Of a DNA stretch of 64,000 nucleotides, positions 59,724 through 64,000 are shown one piece after another (the stretch's first letter is position 1; every line of letters begins with the position of its first letter). The notes beneath the pieces are model-generated. The model made no database searches and was not told where the DNA came from. It worked only from the letters and a program-made list of their open reading frames with translations. The DNA is taken from assembly GCA_965203315.1 (NCBI GenBank), contig OZ241857.1:1024001-1088000 (forward strand), written 5' to 3'. Made by a program: the position numbers and the translations under genes. The stretch comes from Nitrosopumilus sp. GTDB taxonomy: Archaea; Thermoproteota; Nitrososphaeria; Nitrososphaerales; Nitrosopumilaceae.

Positions 59724-60275
59724 ATGGACAAGACAGATCTAGATGCTTTAGATATACTTTGTATGACGCTAGCTGCTAACGAGAACGAAATAGAGGGCAG
59801 AACAACAATTCAAAAACTAACTTATTTTGAGATGCAAAAGATAAAAGGATTAAACGTCAATCCACACAAAGCATATCGTTATGGTCCTTTTAATACAGAA
59901 ATCTCAGATGGATTAGGAACACTAGTTTACATAAATGTCATAAGTGAAAAAAGATTGCCAGGAACATACCCAACATGGGGATACAAGATCGAAGAAAAAG
60001 GAATTCCAGTTGTAGAAAAATTGAAAGTTGAAAATGAGAAAATATACAATAAAATTGAAAATATCGTTAAAACATGTAAAGAATACTGTTCATTAAAACA
60101 AACCACTTTAGCGATTACAGCAAAAGTCCACTATATACGCTCACATAAAAAAACTAAAAAAATGACTCCTGATGAAATTATTAGCATGTCAAAAAATTTT
60201 GGTTGGGAGATCAAGAAAAAAGATATTAAGGACGCAGATGCCCTACTAGGAAAACTTGGTCTTGTCAGAGTTTAA
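59724..60275 (+). CDS. YwgA/SocA(Panacea)-like winged-helix protein
   Basis: EGRTTIQKLTYF...YRYGPF motif in an AT-rich accessory segment. Confidence 0.6.
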   Translation: MDKTDLDALDILCMTLAANENEIEGRTTIQKLTYFEMQKIKGLNVNPHKAYRYGPFNTEISDGLGTLVYINVISEKRLPGTYPTWGYKIEEKGIPVVEKLKVENEKIYNKIENIVKTCKEYCSLKQTTLAITAKVHYIRSHKKTKKMTPDEIISMSKNFGWEIKKKDIKDADALLGKLGLVRV

Positions 60276-60311
60276 CGATAAAAACCAGTTTAGATATAAA
60301 TCAATATGTGG

Positions 60312-60425
60312 GGAACTTTTCAATTTATGTGGAATGGTGTTTTAACACAAGTACTATCAGACTTTATAGGAATATTTTCAGGAAAAAGTCTTTAAAATAC
60401 CATCCCACGTAAATCGAAGAGATCC
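60312..60425. mobile_element. MITE, family B
   Basis: GGAACTTTTCAATTTATGTGG...CCACGTAAATCGAAGAGATCC ends. Confidence 0.75.
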
Positions 60426-60661
60426 CTCGAGTAAGCCACCATATGGAAAATACAATTACTCTTACTGATGAATTTTTTTGGTTTACATAGGATAGTTTTC
60501 AAATGATTTTGTTCCTAAAAATGCTCAACCCTCTAAAATAAGTAGATTTCTTTATAATTTTGCTAGATTTCTATTTGTAATTTAGTATATGATAAAATAT
60601 TTGTAATTGAAAAATCAATTTATTTCTAAAAAAGTGATATGTGTCAATATATCTCTACTGT

Positions 60662-60742
60662 GGATCTTTTTCGATTTATACGAGATAGAGTTTTGTAAGA
60701 CTTTTTCTGTAAAATTCTACCCCACATGAATCGAAGAGATCC
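60662..60742. mobile_element. MITE, family B (internally deleted)
   Basis: GGATCTTTTTCGATTTAT...ATGAATCGAAGAGATCC ends. Confidence 0.75.
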
Positions 60743-60794
60743 TTATGTAGCGATTGTGGAATAATTTAAAAGATAGTTTAGATGATTATACAGT

Positions 60795-61499
60795 ATGGTA
60801 AACCTACTTGATCCCTCAAACGTATTAACACGAATGTTTAACGCAAAAAAATATGAAGAGATGTACAAATATTGTAGTGACTTACTAGCAGAGATTCCAA
60901 ACGATATGGTCGCATTGCAAAACATTGCACTTGCTTTAGTGTATATGAAACGATACCATGAGGCAATAGATTTTTGTGATAAAGTTCTTGCCATTAAAAG
61001 AGATGATCTATTTGCGTTAAAGAACAAGATATATGCACTTGAAGGACTCAAACGATATCATGATGTTGTAGAGCTCTGTGATAAAATACTAGCACAGAAT
61101 CCCAAAGATATCTGGACTCTTGATACTATGGGTCTTGCGCTCAACGAACTCGATCGTCATGATGAGGCCCTCACATACTATGAGAGATCACTTGAGGTTG
61201 ATCCCAAAGGCATTACCGCATTAATGAATAATGCCATCTCACTCTCACATCTAAAACGATATGATGATGCGATCACTTTCTACGATAAAGTTCAGATGAT
61301 TGACTCTACTCAAAAAGATGCACTACTAGCAAAATCACGACTCTATGAACATCTTGGAATGAAAGATGAAGCATTCTTGGCAGCACAAGGCGTACTAAAT
61401 CAAGATATGCCCAAGATCAAACAAGCTGCTCTAGATAACGAGTGCACTGTATTTCATCAGTTTTGTGAGAACGAGTTTGCAGAATACGAGTCCAAATAG
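60795..61499 (+). CDS. Tetratricopeptide repeat protein
   Basis: 34-aa repeats such as ALALVYMKRYHEAIDFCDKVLAI and GLALNELDRHDEALTYYERSLEVDP. Confidence 0.9.
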   Translation: MVNLLDPSNVLTRMFNAKKYEEMYKYCSDLLAEIPNDMVALQNIALALVYMKRYHEAIDFCDKVLAIKRDDLFALKNKIYALEGLKRYHDVVELCDKILAQNPKDIWTLDTMGLALNELDRHDEALTYYERSLEVDPKGITALMNNAISLSHLKRYDDAITFYDKVQMIDSTQKDALLAKSRLYEHLGMKDEAFLAAQGVLNQDMPKIKQAALDNECTVFHQFCENEFAEYESK

Positions 61500-61771
61500 T
61501 TCATACATACAATCATTACGAGTTTCCTAGTTTGGTGAACAGCACATAACCATCAAGAATGTTATTCTTTAATTACACCGTCCATTGTACAATTGAACTG
61601 ATGTACATCGAAAATTATGTCAATTTATCAATCTATACGTAAGAGATGACAGACTGGTGGAATCTGTTAGTTGTGTAATTGATTAATGTTAGCGTCGTCT
61701 AAAGTTTAGAACAAATTAGACAGATTGAGTTATGATAATGATTTTATACAATCTATACAACAACATATCTA

Positions 61772-62362
61772 TTGTTTACTGGAATCATACAAGGAACGGG
61801 AACTGTAAAAGAGATCTCTGCTGCCACCAATACACGTAATGCAGTAAATCTCCTAGTTGATCTTGGTAAACACTCTAAAGGATTACGAGTTGGGCAGAGT
61901 GTTGCGTTAAATGGTGTATGTTTGACCGCAATAAAGTTATCTGGTTCAGAATGCAACTTTGAAGTTATAGACGAGACTGTAAAGAATACAGATATTGGAA
62001 ATCTCAAAAAGGGTCAACTCGTAAACATTGAGCGTTCGCTCAAGGCAAATGATCGACTTGAAGGTCATTTTGTTTTAGGTCATGTAGACGGTGTCGGTAC
62101 AATCAAATCGATCGAACAGAAACCCAAAGAACTTGAGATAGTATTTGTTGTTCCAAAACAACTTGCCAAGTACGTAGTGAAGAAAGGTTCGATAGCAGTA
62201 GATGGTATAAGCCTTACAGTTACTAATATCAAAGGTACAGCAATATCCGTATCATTAATCCCACATACTGTAAAGATGACCAACTTTCAAACAAAAAAGA
62301 TTGGCGATAAAATTAATATTGAAACCGACATACTCGGAAAATACATCTTGAAACAGAAATGA
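61772..62362 (+). CDS. ribE: Riboflavin synthase (bacterial-type alpha chain)
   Basis: MFTGII N-terminus, NGVCLT, GHFVLGHVDG and DGISLT motifs. Confidence 0.95.
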   Translation: MFTGIIQGTGTVKEISAATNTRNAVNLLVDLGKHSKGLRVGQSVALNGVCLTAIKLSGSECNFEVIDETVKNTDIGNLKKGQLVNIERSLKANDRLEGHFVLGHVDGVGTIKSIEQKPKELEIVFVVPKQLAKYVVKKGSIAVDGISLTVTNIKGTAISVSLIPHTVKMTNFQTKKIGDKINIETDILGKYILKQK

Positions 62363-62433
62363 TCTATTACCAATTTTGTGGTAATTACTAATTTTCTAGT
62401 AAGATTTATAATAAAAAATCAGCAAGTATAGAT

Positions 62434-63096
62434 ATGTATCTAGAGTCTGCATTAGACTCGCTTCGGCGTGGCGAGTTTATTCTTCTTTATGACTCGGCAG
62501 GGCGTGAGAACGAAATTGATATGGTAGTTGCGGCCGAGTTTATAACTCCAGAGCACATAGTCCGAATGAGACAGAACGGTGGAGGTCTCTTGTGTATGGC
62601 AATAGATCACAACTTTGCTAGATCACTTGGACTGCGATACATGCATGATATACTATCAGATGCGCTCTCTGACGATGCCATGATAATGGGTCTAGCGCCG
62701 TATGGAGATCACCCAACATTCTCATTATCTGTAAATCATTATCAAACGTTTACTGGAATAACTGATCGTGACCGAGCACTTACCATTAAAGAGATGGCAA
62801 AACTATTCAATGTCGAGAATCCCAAGAGGCGATTTATCTCATCTTTCAAGACGCCAGGTCATGTGCCCTTGCTCATAGCATCCAAAGATCTATTGAACGT
62901 TCGTCAAGGCCATACCGAGATGTCAGTATATCTCAACCATATTGCTGGACTTGTTCCCATAACTGCTATCTGTGAGATGATGGATGCACATACATACAAT
63001 GCACTCTCTCTTGACAAGGCGGCAAAATTCGCAAAAGATAATGGGATACCCCTAGTTGACGGGAAAGAGTTAGTGGAATACGCAAAGGTGCATTAG
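62434..63096 (+). CDS. ribB: 3,4-dihydroxy-2-butanone-4-phosphate synthase
   Basis: GRENEIDM, TGITDRDRA, PGHV and RQGHTE motifs. Confidence 0.95.
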   Translation: MYLESALDSLRRGEFILLYDSAGRENEIDMVVAAEFITPEHIVRMRQNGGGLLCMAIDHNFARSLGLRYMHDILSDALSDDAMIMGLAPYGDHPTFSLSVNHYQTFTGITDRDRALTIKEMAKLFNVENPKRRFISSFKTPGHVPLLIASKDLLNVRQGHTEMSVYLNHIAGLVPITAICEMMDAHTYNALSLDKAAKFAKDNGIPLVDGKELVEYAKVH

Positions 63097-63098
63097 CA

Positions 63099-63515
63099 TT
63101 GAGAATTGCTATAGTCGTCTCGGCGTTTAATGACAAGATTACGTCTAGAATGCTTGCAGTTGCAAAAGAGAGATCAGAATCTCTAGGCATAACCGTTACA
63201 CATGTATCAAAAGTATCAGGTACATTTGATATGCCAATCATAGTTGCAGCTATGTTAAAGAGAGATGATATCGATGGAGTAGTGACTCTGGGCGCAGTTA
63301 TAAAAGGACAGACAAGACATGATGAAGTGATAGCACACTCTACAGCACGAGCTCTAGTAGATCTAGCAATACAATTCCAAAAACCTGTATCACTAGGAGT
63401 CTCTGGGCCAGGTATGCAACAGCGTCAGGCATATGCAAGAATTCGTCCTGTTGCTGAACGAGCAGTGGAAGCAGTTCTCAAGACATCACAAGAGTTGGAC
63501 AAGATCAGATCATGA
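63099..63515 (+). CDS. ribH: 6,7-dimethyl-8-ribityllumazine synthase
   Basis: IAIVVSAFN, LGAVIKGQTRH and KPVSLGV motifs. Confidence 0.95.
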   Translation: MRIAIVVSAFNDKITSRMLAVAKERSESLGITVTHVSKVSGTFDMPIIVAAMLKRDDIDGVVTLGAVIKGQTRHDEVIAHSTARALVDLAIQFQKPVSLGVSGPGMQQRQAYARIRPVAERAVEAVLKTSQELDKIRS

Positions 63516-64000
63516 TACAGCTAAGTATTCTAAAGTTAACCGAGTATGGTCCATGGACTCTGACTCTCGGTAGCGATCGTGAACATCGGCTTCAAATGTT
63601 ACAATCCTCGTTATACCGTACAACTCAGCAATTATTTTCTGAAAAGGACGGTCTAGTATTTCTGAACCGAGCAGATGAGCTCTTTGTAGTATCAAACGGA
63701 ATTAAATTACAAGATCATGTAGAGATTCAAAGAACGATCAACAAAGAGTTTGATGTCGGTTTTAACATATCGATTGGACACGGTGACACGCCATTTGCTG
63801 CAAACCAGAATGCGTATCAAGCAAAAAAGAACAAGTCTCTACTAGACTCTAACCATCAAATATATGGTTTTAATGACTCAGTCGATACATCCGATATAGC
63901 AATAATGCATCTAGATGTTGATGATCTCTCATCGTATAGAGAGACTAGAACACCTTTTGAGATATCATTGATTATATTCGAGTTGTATGTAAACATGGCA
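63512..64000 (+). CDS. GTP cyclohydrolase IIa/III (partial, runs off the window)
   Basis: Manual translation MIQLSILKLTEYGPWTLTLGSDREHRLQMLQ..., with ATGA overlap on ribH. Confidence 0.85.
   Translation, partial: MIQLSILKLTEYGPWTLTLGSDREHRLQMLQSSLYRTTQQLFSEKDGLVFLNRADELFVVSNGIKLQDHVEIQRTINKEFDVGFNISIGHGDTPFAANQNAYQAKKNKSLLDSNHQIYGFNDSVDTSDIAIMHLDVDDLSSYRETRTPFEISLIIFELYVNMA

Overview
This is a 64-kb chromosomal segment of an ammonia-oxidising archaeon (Nitrososphaerota, Nitrosopumilaceae-type gene content and order). It carries the ammonia monooxygenase region (amoA, amoX, amoC, amoB, probable amoY and amoZ). Translation and housekeeping genes include pheST, trpS, serS, rps15, rps3ae, rps19e, tbp, coaD, a P-II protein and a riboflavin operon. 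There are four tRNAs, one a two-intron tRNA-Leu(TAA). The backbone is heavily invaded by mobile DNA: four intact IS elements with TIRs and TSDs readable in the sequence (two inside the amo cluster), a truncated IS5-type transposase, at least four MITE families and several pseudogenes. This pattern suggests a host-associated lineage such as a sponge symbiont (inference). The most notable observations are: (i) a 1487-aa secreted protein built from five copies of an unrecognised ~230-aa four-Cys domain, with a G14 homopolymer between its TATA box and start codon (candidate phase-variation switch), bracketed by inverted MITEs; (ii) a box C/D sRNA candidate whose guide places a 2'-O-methyl on the 23S P-loop G2251 equivalent; (iii) a MITE that displaced a regulator's TATA box; (iv) an IS-split gene that can be rebuilt in frame; (v) recent 615-bp super-repeat expansion of a thrombospondin type-3 repeat protein. 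Product calls come from motif recognition only; no database searches were run.
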